Shown: piece after piece, positions 50,013 to 61,285 of the stretch
Layout: every line of letters begins with the position of its first letter
How positions within the stretch are numbered: position 1 is the first letter of the stretch
Source of the DNA: Heteronotia binoei
Lineage: Eukaryota
Reading direction: 5' to 3'
Assembly (NCBI RefSeq): GCF_032191835.1
Contig: NC_083228.1
Span: 91,574,001 to 91,638,000 of the forward strand
DNA: 64,000 nt
Notes under the pieces: generated by a model
The model's database searches: none
What the model was told of the DNA's origin: nothing
What the model saw: only the letters and a program-made list of their open reading frames with translations
Translations under genes and position numbers: made by a program

Positions 50013-51084
50013 ATTCATTCAGTTTGGGGCTGTTACTTTAAGTCACTGTTTAAAACTTAAACTAGAAGTTATTCTCCTCTGTTTATGTGTCTTGAGACAA
50101 AAGAGATGGGGACACCCAGAACAGACCCATTTGTTTATGTAAAATAGTTCTATATTGCTGATCTGTCTACACATCTGGATTTAATAACCCGATTTAAAGT
50201 GCAATCTAAACTTAATGCAAAACTGCTTGGAATTTAACTTAAAAGCTTGCCAAAGCCAGTTAATAAATGTGCTTTTCTTTGTTAAAAAATGGAAAGCAAA
50301 CAACATTACCATTTAGCATGCAGCACAACAGTTCAGGGAGCTTATTATGGCTTGATACTGGGGATCAGGGACAGTCATCACAGGTGTCCTTCATTGATCC
50401 ATTAGGGCGATCATTTTGTCCTATTCTATGTCTAACTACTACCTGATCTCTGCACTCTAATTATATGTCCAAACAACATGGATGTTTATCTTCCACAGAA
50501 AATATTTACCAGCCCACTAAGCACTACCAGCTAACACTGGTGGAGATTATGTACTGTTGTGGGTAGAACATAATAAAGGGGTAAGGCAGAGCAGTTATAT
50601 TATATTACTTATAAAGGCAGAGGAACACTGGAAACTTTTAGTATTACAACTGACACGAGACTTTAAGAAACCTGTCATGGCTGCAGGTTGACTCTATCTG
50701 GAATCAACATCATCAAGTTATCTAAAAATAAACTATTTATTGGACATTATTTTCTATAACAGTAACAAAAATAGGGTATATTGGAAGGACCTGCAGGACA
50801 GGGGAAACCCCATTCCCTTCCCCAGTGGTTCCCACTACTCTTGCTGTGCTCTCTGCCTCCACTGTGGCATCAATCCAAAATGCCATCCAAATTTCCCTCG
50901 TTCATGTCTTGTAGCTACTTTGTGTGGATTTTTTGAGCTGTACAGGCTAGGAAGGCACACATGGCTATCAAATACATAACTATGAACTTATACATGTAAG
51001 AAACCTAGAGTACTCCCTGAAGTTGTATGAAAGCTCTGTTCAGTTTTAGGTAAACATGTATTTAAGGTTATAGCAACCAATTGG

Positions 51085-51500
51085 TACACACTTTTTATTT
51101 AGGAAGTCTGTGGTCATCTTCTGAGGTCCAACTTTGGCTGCCCCTGCCTTTGGGATTAGGTGGAGGGCAACTTGGGAGAGGACCCTCTTACCATGGCACC
51201 AAAACCCTGGAACTCTCTCCCCAGAGAGACTTGCCATCTTCTGTCAGTTTTGTCATCTCTCAGTCAGAGAGACTCTTCTGTTGCCATCTTCTGTCAGTTT
51301 TGTTTTGACTGGTGTTCCCTCAGTGATCCCTCCTTCCTGTCATATGTTTTAGTTGCAGTTTTTATGTTTTTGTTTGTGTATTTAGCTTGGTTTTAATGAT
51401 GTGCTTTTGTTTCATTTTAATGGTTTTCAATACATGCTTTTATTATATAAGTTCTTAATCTGTTATCTAGCTAAGTGGCACTTGGTGGACTGCATAAATA
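51085..51500 (+). mobile_element. Old L2 3' fragment
   Basis: APKPWNSLPRE (compare APRWWNHLPE) followed by a T-rich 3'UTR. Confidence 0.65.
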
Positions 51501-54426
51501 CATTTTTATTTAAATAAATCATTTCAATTTGGTTCTTTTTTACTTCATGACTTAATTCCCTTGATTTTAATTATTCCTCCCTGAAGTCTGCCAACAATGG
51601 TTGCATGCTGGTAGGTCAGTATGGAAAAAGGCAGTCCCTTCATTTATCCAGGACAAAGACAGTGATTTCCCTCCCTATGTCAACACGGCTCATAATTCCA
51701 TTAATATGTCTAAGACTCTGGCTGCACGAGTGGCCATACTTTCCAAAAATGTAATCTGATCAGATGTTTAGGTTCATTCTGTCATTCATATCAAGTGACT
51801 TTTATTTATGCTTTTAGAATAAACAAGTGGGCACCCACATCAAAATGTCATGTATTGTGTTTTAGTTTAAGTTGTAATAAGAGACCCCCTTCTCCAGTTT
51901 GAGCAGTTCTACGAGAGACCACTAGCACTCTTTCTTCCTTTGAGATGTGCTAATGAACTTTATCACTTCATTAGCTCAAGAATCAAGATTTTGTGGGGAT
52001 GGTATCTAAGGGAGCTGGTATCTAAGGAGAGGAGCCATGACTTCCCAAAGTTTATTCCCTGAAAACTGCTTTGTCCTCTAAGGTCCTACTGAATCTGCTT
52101 ATAGAATAAAGTTCAGGCGTGGAGGTGTTTAACTTGATTTCCCCATCAGGGATGGATCTTGTTGACTGTGATGCCCCCCGCCCTCCCCCCCAGGTTAAGA
52201 GGGCATCCCAGGAAACTTGTTTCTGAAGCCCCACTGACCCCCCCCCTCCAATTCTGGGCTCCCCTTGCACAAATGAGCCCCAACCAGTCAGCCACTTGGT
52301 CTGGCTCTCCAGCTAAGGGGCTTTGTTCTTGGTGCCTGGGCCAGTGGCCACAGGCCAGCAGAGATGGAGGGCTTGCAGACACCAAGGCTGTGGGGCACAA
52401 AGGGTTGCCTGCTGCAGAGTCTGTGCAGGGCTGGAGCCACCTTCGTTCACCCAGTGGTGTTAGCAAGCAGCTGACCCCCTCCCCGGTACTGAGGTTGAGT
52501 GCAACGGAACCTCTTTCCCTGGAAGGAACGCCCCCATGCCCTTGGAAGTTGCTGCATGAGAGTCACCCGAACCCAAACCTTCCCTCCCCTTCCTCACCCA
52601 GAACAGCTCCATGCAAGCCATCTTACTTCCCTCCCCCCCTTGCTGCTTTTAGTGGTTCATCCTAGAACTGTGCCAGCTGCCCTGCTAAGGCTTCCCCCTG
52701 CCCTGTTCTCAACAGCTCAGCAGGAGGTGCTCCAGGTGAGCCATCTGACTTCCCTCCCTGCCCTTGCTGGCTTGCCTGGAGTTGCTTCAGGCAAGCCTGC
52801 CAAGGCTTTCAGCAGCTTGGACACTACGTGAGAGACAGAGAGGAAAAGAAGGCTCCTTGTCCTCTGGTTTGGTAAGAAGTTTTACTTTTGGGAGATTTAA
52901 GTATCCCCCTGTATATTTTAAAAAGGTTTTTAGATTTTCCTACACACCATGGGAGTGCCGCAAGTGTGCAGAAAAATCTCTGACCCCTCAATGTGCCCCC
53001 AATGTGCAAAAATAAGTATCCACAAAGAGGGGCCACACTGGAAATTAGATATATCTATTCTAAACAGAAACTCCAACTGAACTTTAATAAACGAAAAAAA
53101 TGTTCTTACTAGGATGTAATGCTGGATTGTTTTACAGTAGTAACTCAGTAGCTGCAAAGGCTTCCTGCCATCTTGGGAGCACAGTCCACACTACTGGTTT
53201 TGACTGATGCTTTAAATAACTTGAACCTTAAGCACCACACATCTTCATAGATCTGGCAATCCTAGTATAGTAACATCCCACTAAATTGTTACGGAGTGTG
53301 TGTCAAATAATAAGTTTGAATAAACAACCATAAATGCTGGAGTTCAGTATGCTTCGCTCACATTGTTCTCATTACCAAATTCTAGCATATAAAGACCAGA
53401 CTAGTTAAGAAACGAGGCATCAGCTATGTCCTGCCTAATAATTTGTCAGTCTCTCCCTTTCACTTTAAGAAACACTGACATTCTCAGACATGAGATGCAA
53501 TTTAGATAAAGAAGAAAGAAGAGAAGTACTTTTCACTATTTTTCTTGAGAACAGGGGGAAGAAAATGTTTGTACTTTCAAAGATTCTGTTACATAAGTGA
53601 AAAATGTTCCAAATCCAACTGGAAACATACCTCAGAATTATACTACAAATTAGCTAAGGAGAATAACCTTTTTATTATGTAAAAAGCTCTCAAAAGTGTT
53701 ATAAGCATGGTCCCAGCTCTTGAGTTTTGTGACTATTCATGACATTTAAATCCCTTTGCAGATTTTTTTTTAACAAAAGGAAGGGAATCTCATTTCCTCT
53801 TAACTATTGAGCAAAACAGACTCAAATATCCTTTTGTTCCAAACAGCACCAACACACCACTACTTGTTAATCTGATGTAAGGCTTCACATTTGTTTCACA
53901 GGAACTGGGTGTCGAAAGAATTTGAGTATGGTGTCTGATGTAACAATGTGGACAATGTAAGACGAGAAAGCAGCAATCTGGCAGTGAGTGCACCCAATGA
54001 ATTAATTCTTTGTTTCAGGAAGCCTCAGCCAATGGTGTACCATGGCTACAAGGATCGCATATCAAAAGTCGTCAAATGGGGGAGAAGGACTTCAGTATGA
54101 CCAAGGAGGCTTTTGGAACAAACAGCAATTAGACTAATACTTGGTAAATGACAAAAGGACCAGCTCACACCAGTTCATCCTCAATATGCAACACAAGATA
54201 GCATCATGATTCTGTCTGCAAACTGGATATATAGCCCCAATCACATCAGCCATAATCAGCCACCAGTCATTCTCACAACTATGGCTGGATGTTTTCAGGC
54301 TGACACAAACATTTCCAATTAAATGCAATATGTAGGGACTGAAGGGCAACAGCTCTTACTAAGTGAAACAGACTTAAAATGTGTGTGTGTCAGTTTAAGT
54401 TTACTTATCCAACGTATTAAACATAC

Positions 54427-54545
54427 CCTTTTAGCAGCATGAATAGTATATTTTGCTGAGTGCAGATATATTCAACTGTGGGAGTTCTTGTACCAATCTG
54501 TCTTCTCAGAATGTTGTTGAATATCTGAGCCACATCCTTTTTACC
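54427..54545 (-). CDS. CAB39: CAB39 coding exon (GKKDVAQ...LLKG)
   Basis: [39 protein letters not shown] plus GG of a split codon. 119 nt, cag/gtatgt boundaries. Confidence 0.98.
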
Positions 54546-54733
54546 CTGCCAAAAAAATAAGCCATAGAACACATTAGCAGTATAAATAACAAGGCATAAC
54601 ATTAAAGCAGCAAACTGAGTCGCCCAATTTAGAATTACTTGGACATTATTATTATTCAAGAACTCCTCAGGTATTTGTAGCCATGATTCATGTTTGAAGA
54701 TAATAATACATCCAATGATAAATTTAAAAATAC

Positions 54734-54739
<6 letters not shown>

Positions 54740-54770
<31 letters not shown>

Positions 54771-57456
54771 TTTATTTGTATCCCGCCCTCCCCGCCTCGG
54801 CAGGCTCAGGGCGGCTAACAACATTTCTCAATAACATACAGTATAATAAAACCTTTAAATTTAACAATATAAAACATTATTTAGCAACATTAAAAAACCA
54901 GTCTATACAATTAAATAGTTTAATCTGACAGTGCTGATGATGTTTGACACTAGTTCTGCCAGTTTATATACAGTGGTCTAGATCTTTAAGCCGCATTGGC
55001 GGATCCTTATTAACAGCCTTCTTCAGCAGTCTGGGTAAGCAAGTTTAAAAAGGGTGGTCTTGCAGGCCCTGCGGAACTGGTCAAGGTTCCGCAGGGCCCG
55101 CACCTCCTCAGGGAGTTGGTTCCATAGGGCAGGGGCCGCGGTTGAAAAGGACGTGCTCTGATATTTTGATGTTTAATCTCTTTCGGCCCGGGGATAGCCA
55201 TTAGGTTTTTCCCGGCTAACCTCAGTGCTCTCTGGGGTTCGTATGGGGAAAGACGGTCCCTCAGGTAGGCAGGTCCTCGGCCATATAAGGCTTTAAAGGT
55301 AATGACCAACACTTTGTACTGGACCCGTATATAATCGGCAGCCAGTGCAGTCCACGTAGCCCTGGCCGTATATGTTCCCCTTTCGGGAGTCCCAATAACA
55401 GCCTGGCCGCCGCGTTCTGCACTAGCTGCAGCTTCCGGATCTGGCACAAAGGTAGCCCCAAGTAGAGGGCATTACAGTAGTCCAATCTTGAGGTGACCGT
55501 TGCATGGATCACTGTTGCGAGGTCCCGGCGCTCAAGGAAAGGGGCCAACTGCCTTGCCCGCTTCAGATGGAAGAATGCTGACTTGGCAGTGGCTGCTATC
55601 TGGGCCTCCATGGATAATGAAGGCTCCAGTAGAACACCCAGGCTCTTTACCTGGTGCGCTGCTTTCAATGGCGCACCGTCAAAGGCCGGGAGAGCTATTC
55701 CCCCTCCCAGTGCGCCGCGACCCACACAAAGGACCTCTGTCTTCGCTGGGTTCAACTTCAGCCCACTCAGTCTAAGCCACGTTGCAACAGCCTGTAAAGC
55801 CCGGTCGAGGTTCCCTGGGGCGGAGTCGGGACGGCCGTCCATTAACAGATAGAGCTGGGTGTCATCTGCATATTGATGGCAACCCAGCCCAAACCGCCGG
55901 GCAATCTGGGCAAGGGGGCGCATATAGATGTTGAACAACATCGGGGAGAGAACTGCTCCCTGAGGCACCCCACAGTCCAGTGTGCGTCTCCGGGACCGTT
56001 CACCCCCGATGGCCACCCTCTGTCCCCGACCCAGGAGAAAGGAGGAAAGCCATTGTAAGGCCGACCCCCCAACCCCAATGTCGGCGAGGCGGCGCGTCAG
56101 TAGCTGATGGTCGACTGTGTCAAATGCCGCCAACAGGTCTAACAGCATCAGCACCGCGACGCCGCCTCGATCCAGTTGCCGCTGGAGGTCATCCATCAAG
56201 GCGACCAACACCGTCTCCGTCCCATGGCCCGGCCGGAAGCCAGACTGGCAAGGGTCTAGGACAGAAGCGTCATCCAGAAATCTCTGTAGCTGCAACGCCA
56301 CAGCCCTCTCAATAATTTTACCTAAAAACGGTAAATTAGACACCGGACGATAGTTCGCCAATTCGGCCGGGTCTGCTGTAGCTTTTTTCAAGAGAGGGTG
56401 GACCAAGGCCTCTTTCAGAGGTGTTGGAAAATGCCCCTCTAAGAGGGATCTATTTATGATGTCCCGTAAAGGACATCTAAGCTCCCTCTGGCAAGATTTA
56501 ATCAGCCAAGAGGGGCAAGCGTCCAGATCACATGTTGTCGGGTGAGCAGCGGAGAGAATTCTGTCGACTTCCTCCAGGCTGAGTGGGTCGAAGTGATCCA
56601 GCACTGAACCCGAAGACAGGCACGGAGCCTCAATTTCACTCACTGTATCCAATGTGGTAGGCAGGTCTTGGCGGAGTAACGAGATTTTATCTGCAAAGTA
56701 TTTCGCAAATGCCTCACAGCCAATTTCTAATTCTCTAACGTTTGGTTTGCCTTGTGGCAATGTTATAAGATCCCCAATTATTCTAAATAATTGTGCTGGG
56801 CGCGAATTTGCAGATGCAATCTTGGTTGCAAAGTAATCTTTCTTTGCAGCCTTGACTGCCATCTCATAAGACTTCATAAACGTTCTATAGGATGTTCTCG
56901 TCGCTTTGTCCCGAGTATGCCTCCACTGCCTCTCTAGTCGTCTGAGCCCTTGTTTCAGCTGGTGCAGCTCCAAGGTATACCATGGAGCCAGCTTCATACG
57001 AGGGCGCAGAGGACGCCGGGGTGCAATTTCGTCGATAGCCCTGGATAGCTGGCCCTGCCAGATTTCCACCAGGTCATCGAGGGAATTGCCAGTGGGCCAG
57101 GGATCCCTCAGGGCCGTTTGGAACCGTTCCGGGTCCATCTGGCCCCGAGGGCGAGCCAAAATAGGCTCTCCGCCCATACAGGGTTGGGGCGGCGCCCCCA
57201 TACGGGCCTTAAGGGCTAGGTGATCCGACCATGGAACCGCTTCTACGGCGATATCGTTCACCACAATCCCGGACGCAAAGATCAGGTCTAATGTGTGCCC
57301 GGCCTGATGCGTGGGAGTCGTGACAAATTGAGAGAGTCCCAGTGTCGCCATGGACGACACTAGATCCATCGCCTGAGTGGAGGCCGTGTCGTCAGCATGG
57401 ACGTTGAAGTCACCCAGGACCATTAGCCTCGGGTACTCCAACGCCCAGCCCGCCAC
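54740..57456 (-). mobile_element. 5'-truncated L2 LINE: half APE endonuclease, full RT, 3'UTR and (TTA)n tail
   Basis: 731-aa ORF with LGDFNVH, GHTLDLIF and SDH (APE) and with YADD (RT). Frameshift near 55325 and a second near 55150. Tail at 54740-54768. Confidence 0.97.
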
Positions 57457-57859
57457 TTTCTCATCCTCCCATCAACTTCTGTTTGAGATGCCACCCCCAG
57501 AAGATGTAATCCTCCTTGGCCCAGACCCTCTTGATTATGGCTCCAAATATATGGAATAGCCTGTTCACTGAGTTCCAAAGAGCATAGTCTCCATTAGTCT
57601 TCAGGAACAATAAAGCAACTCTGCCCTGGAACACATTTCACTGATGTTTCCTGGCATGTGTAATACTGGGGAGAGTTTTCTGTGCTGAGTTTTGTGACAT
57701 GGTCATGCAGAGAATTGGTTTAGGGGCTACTTTTCATGCTGGCAACTTTAATTATTATGGACTAGGAATAAGGCCTGTTGTGAAGAAAAATACAACACAC
57801 TCTATTGAGTGGTTCAGGTTGAGTGCCCCTCCCCACCCTTGCTGTCTTCCCACCCACCC

Positions 57860-58520
57860 AAGTGAAGGCATTCACTCCCCCCCACCACCTCAAGTGGAGC
57901 TGATCTCTGCCATCTGGAGAGCAGCTATAAGTCAGAGTGATCTCCAGCCTTCACCTGGAGATTGGCAATGAAGGAAACAACTGGTTTTGAGGGTGGAGTC
58001 TATGGCACTGTACCTGTCTAAGGTCCCACCCCTCCTCAAATCCACCCTTTCCAGGCTCCACCCCTCAAATCTTCAGGTATTTTAAGAACATAAGAGAAGC
58101 CATGTTGGATCAGGCCAATAGCCCATCCAGTCCAACACTCTGTATCACACAGTGGCCAAAAAAACCCCAAGTGCCATCAGGAGGTTCACAAGTGGGGCTA
58201 GAAGTCCTTCCACTTTGCCCCCCCCCCCCAAGCACCAAGGATACAGAGCATTCACTGCCCCAGACCTGGAGTTGGCAACAGCTAAGTCCCACTGGCTGTC
58301 ATAGGGGGAATGCTGTTGACTAGGAGGCAAGCAGCCAGACCTAGTTAAGTCATGCCAGTCAGGAAGCATCAAGTCACCCAGAGTGTATTGTCAGGCCTAG
58401 TGTAGCCAACCTCCAGGTGGAGCCTGAGGATCTCCTGGGATCACAACTGAGCTCTAGACAACAGATCTCTCTCTCCCTGGAGAAAATAACTGCTTGGAGG
58501 GTAGACTCTATGGCAAAGGA
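57860..58520. mobile_element. Cluster of hAT/Tip100-like MITE pieces (57860-58085, 58400-58520) around a CR1 3' end
   Basis: ctagtgtagccaacctccaggtggagcctgaggatctcc and its inverted counterpart gatctccagccttcacctggagattggcaa. gagggtggagtctatggca is shared. Confidence 0.55.
58086..58265 (-). mobile_element. CR1 3'UTR fragment
   Basis: aagaacataagagaagccatgttggatcaggccaatagccc is the reverse complement of the CR1 end at ~49280-49320. Confidence 0.85.
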
Positions 58521-59387
58521 GGGTAACACTGGTTGCTTAACAACAGCCTCTGGCTAACGGCTTTCCCAATGGGGAAGAGGAAGGGAGGGATCACCATAAA
58601 CCAGCTGTGACTAAATGGCACCAAGTACTGTCATAATACAGTTATGCATAAATCTGAACTGGTTTTCACTTTATTTTCCAGTATAAAATATTTCATCACA
58701 GGCACAGAGGCACTCTGCATCCACAGAGAACAGCAGCTGATGGAAGTTTTTAAATAAATGCTGTACATTCGTCCTTTTTTATTTCTCCAAGCAGCTTTAA
58801 AGTCTTACAAGGCCTCTTTTCACCTCTGGCTAGAAGTTAATGAATAAGGAAGTTTCTTTGCTGCCTCCAACACAATGTCCCTTCCAATCAAAAGGCAAGA
58901 CTGATAGGATTTGGGTCAGAGTCTTTTCTGGTCCTATAGAATCAGTATCCTCTGAGAGCTGACCTTGCAGACCTATCAACTGACACACCAGCAATGAACT
59001 CCACTAGATTTTTTCACAGCTCTTTATTGAACCAACTAAAGAAATTCTTCCAGTAAAAATTCTGATATTCAGGGACTGAAAAGCTTTTGTGCAAGAAGAC
59101 AGCCTTCTTTATATATAATTACATTTATTTGCTTGAAATCTGTCATCAAAACATAATGGACTAATTTAAGCTGAACAAAATGCATAAAGGAACAACAATG
59201 TAAGAATGTAATACGAACAGTTGTTAAGACCTCTTTGATAATCCATAGGCCTTTTAAACTTGGCCAAATAGTTCCCATTTTTCTGTTAATGGCCCCCGTG
59301 TGGCTTTGATCACATTCTAGTGACCCAGCTACATAAAAAAGGACTGATTATGTGTGCTCCAACCACAAAATCAGCACCTCCCCAGAA

Positions 59388-59625
59388 GAGAGAGAGAGAG
59401 AATGTGTGTGTGTGTGTGTGTGCAAAGTGCCATCACATCACAGATAATTTATGTGACTCCCATAAGGTTTTCAAGGCAATAAACATTCAGAGATGGTTTG
59501 CCATTGCCTGCCTCTGCATAGAAGACTTTCTTGCTGGTCTCCCATCCAAGTACTAAGGAGGGCCAACACTGTTCAGCTTCTGAGTTCTGACAAGGTAAGG
59601 TAGCCTGGGTTAGCCAGGTCAAGCT
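59388..59625 (-). mobile_element. 5S rRNA-derived SINE with Sauria/BovB-like 3' part and (CA)n/(CT)n tail
   Basis: Minus strand ctcagaagctgaacag...ttagtacttggatgggagacc matches the 5S internal control region, then switches to gcaggcaatggcaaacca, which is also in the Sauria SINE at ~48320. Confidence 0.8.
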
Positions 59626-59830
59626 ATCCAGGAAAGGGGGTGCCAATTCTATGACCATTGCCACCGGTCCCCTACCAGCCCACCAAAGTTGTATTGTTTA
59701 AGTGTTATTACAGCTTCATGTGAACCAGTCACAGAAAACTGGGCCTTCTGGCTCATACAACTAATGTTGAGCTGTGATCAGAACACAAACCTCTTGTAAA
59801 TAGTGGGTTTTCAGATTTTAACTATTGTAG

Positions 59831-60114
59831 GAAGAAGAAGATGAAGATATTGGATTTGTATCCCGCCTTCCACTCCGAAGAGTCTCAGAGCGGCTCACAA
59901 TCTCCTTTACCTTCCTCCCCCACAACAGACACCCTGTGAGGTGGGTGGGGCTGGAGAGGGCTCTCACAGCAGCTGCCCTTTCAAGGACAACCTCTGCCAG
60001 AGCTATGGCTGACCCAAGGCCATGCTAGCAGGTGCAAGTGGAGGAGCGGGGAATCGAACCCAGTTCTCCCAGATAAGAGTCCGCATACTTAACCACTATA
60101 CCAAACTGGCTCTC
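59831..60114 (-). mobile_element. Squam3-like SINE, young subfamily
   Basis: Reverse complement is near-identical to 15767-16039, with a (CTT)n tail. Confidence 0.9.
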
Positions 60115-61139
60115 CCAAAGCTCTTTATAAGCTATCCCAAAGCTCTTTGTTCTGACAATGAGTACTGCAGTGTTTATGTAAACTGCCTCGCCCAAATCCC
60201 ATGTGGCACAACAGTCAAGTGTCATTCACCAGCTCAGCCAACTTTGCCCAGGGTCCCATGATTCTTTCTGTATTTGCTGTTAGTAACAGCATTTCCTTGT
60301 TAGCCACATAATGAACTTGGTAATGGTACACAGCAATACACAATTAAGTTATTGTTTGAAGCATTTACCCCTTCCAAGTGATGTAACTTTGTCACTGATG
60401 ATGATAAAGACACAATAACTTGGTGCAAGCAGAGAACAAAATCACCAGGACTGACCTATGTAGAAAATACACTGGGGAAGGGGGGAGCACTTTTGATAGA
60501 AATAAAAACATTTTGTGTTCCATGTACTACATCCCAAGGCAACAGTGTCATTGTATTAATGAGAAGGGGCAGGGAATCTTTGTGTATATACCAGTAGACA
60601 TCCCTTGTTTGGAGGTTCTAGCAAGGGAGCACAGCTATTGTATAACCTTGATAAAAGAATGGAACCACTCCTATCTAAGATGGTTGTCCTCTTCCACCAA
60701 GTATGCAGCTTCAGAAGAAATGCACATGGAGCAATGGGGGAGGGGGGGTCAAAGACATCTGCCTAGCCAGCCAGATCAGCCAAATCAACTCTGGAGACCA
60801 GTAAGGTGGCAGATGTCACAGCCAGATTATCCTCACATGTCTATACCAGCAGACATTCCCTGAGGAATGGATATCTCTCTCAAGAATAAAGCAGCCCACA
60901 GCTTTACACAACGAGAAAACCAGGATATAAAATCTATCACTGGGGGAAAGGGGAGAATCACATTTAACATCAGAGCCCTACAGGACCTCCCACAGTTCCT
61001 CAGGGATTGCAAGATGGAACTTTTTTGCCTTGCATTGAACGAATAGGAGACAGCTGCCACACTACAGAACTGACAGTCTTGGCTGATACCACTGCACTAG
61101 CATCATGAGCACCATAACCATTAAAATCTTGGATAGTTG

Positions 61140-61285
61140 CTGGTTATTGATTTCGTAATTTTACTTACTAATTTATTGTATAGTATTGTTCTGATATTTT
61201 GACATTGTTTTATTGGTTGTTAGCAGCCCAGAGCCCATTAAGGGGAGGGCAGTATATAAATCTAATAAAAAATAAAAAACAAACA
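61140..61285 (+). mobile_element. L2 3'UTR/tail fragment
   Basis: gttgttagcagcccagagccc...ggggagggcagtatataaatctaataaa. Confidence 0.65.

Noticed and set aside
52052-53015. GC-richer intronic block with several 70-170 aa ORFs and small hairpins
   Set aside because: Low-complexity Pro/Leu/Ser translations. Probably an unclassified repeat, and I could not define its ends.
59520-59600. Possible 5S rRNA gene
   Set aside because: Only the central part matches, it is diverged, and it is fused to a SINE body.
60420-61060. 147-aa ORF or possible solo LTR
   Set aside because: No protein similarity recognised, and no TG...CA ends with a TSD found.
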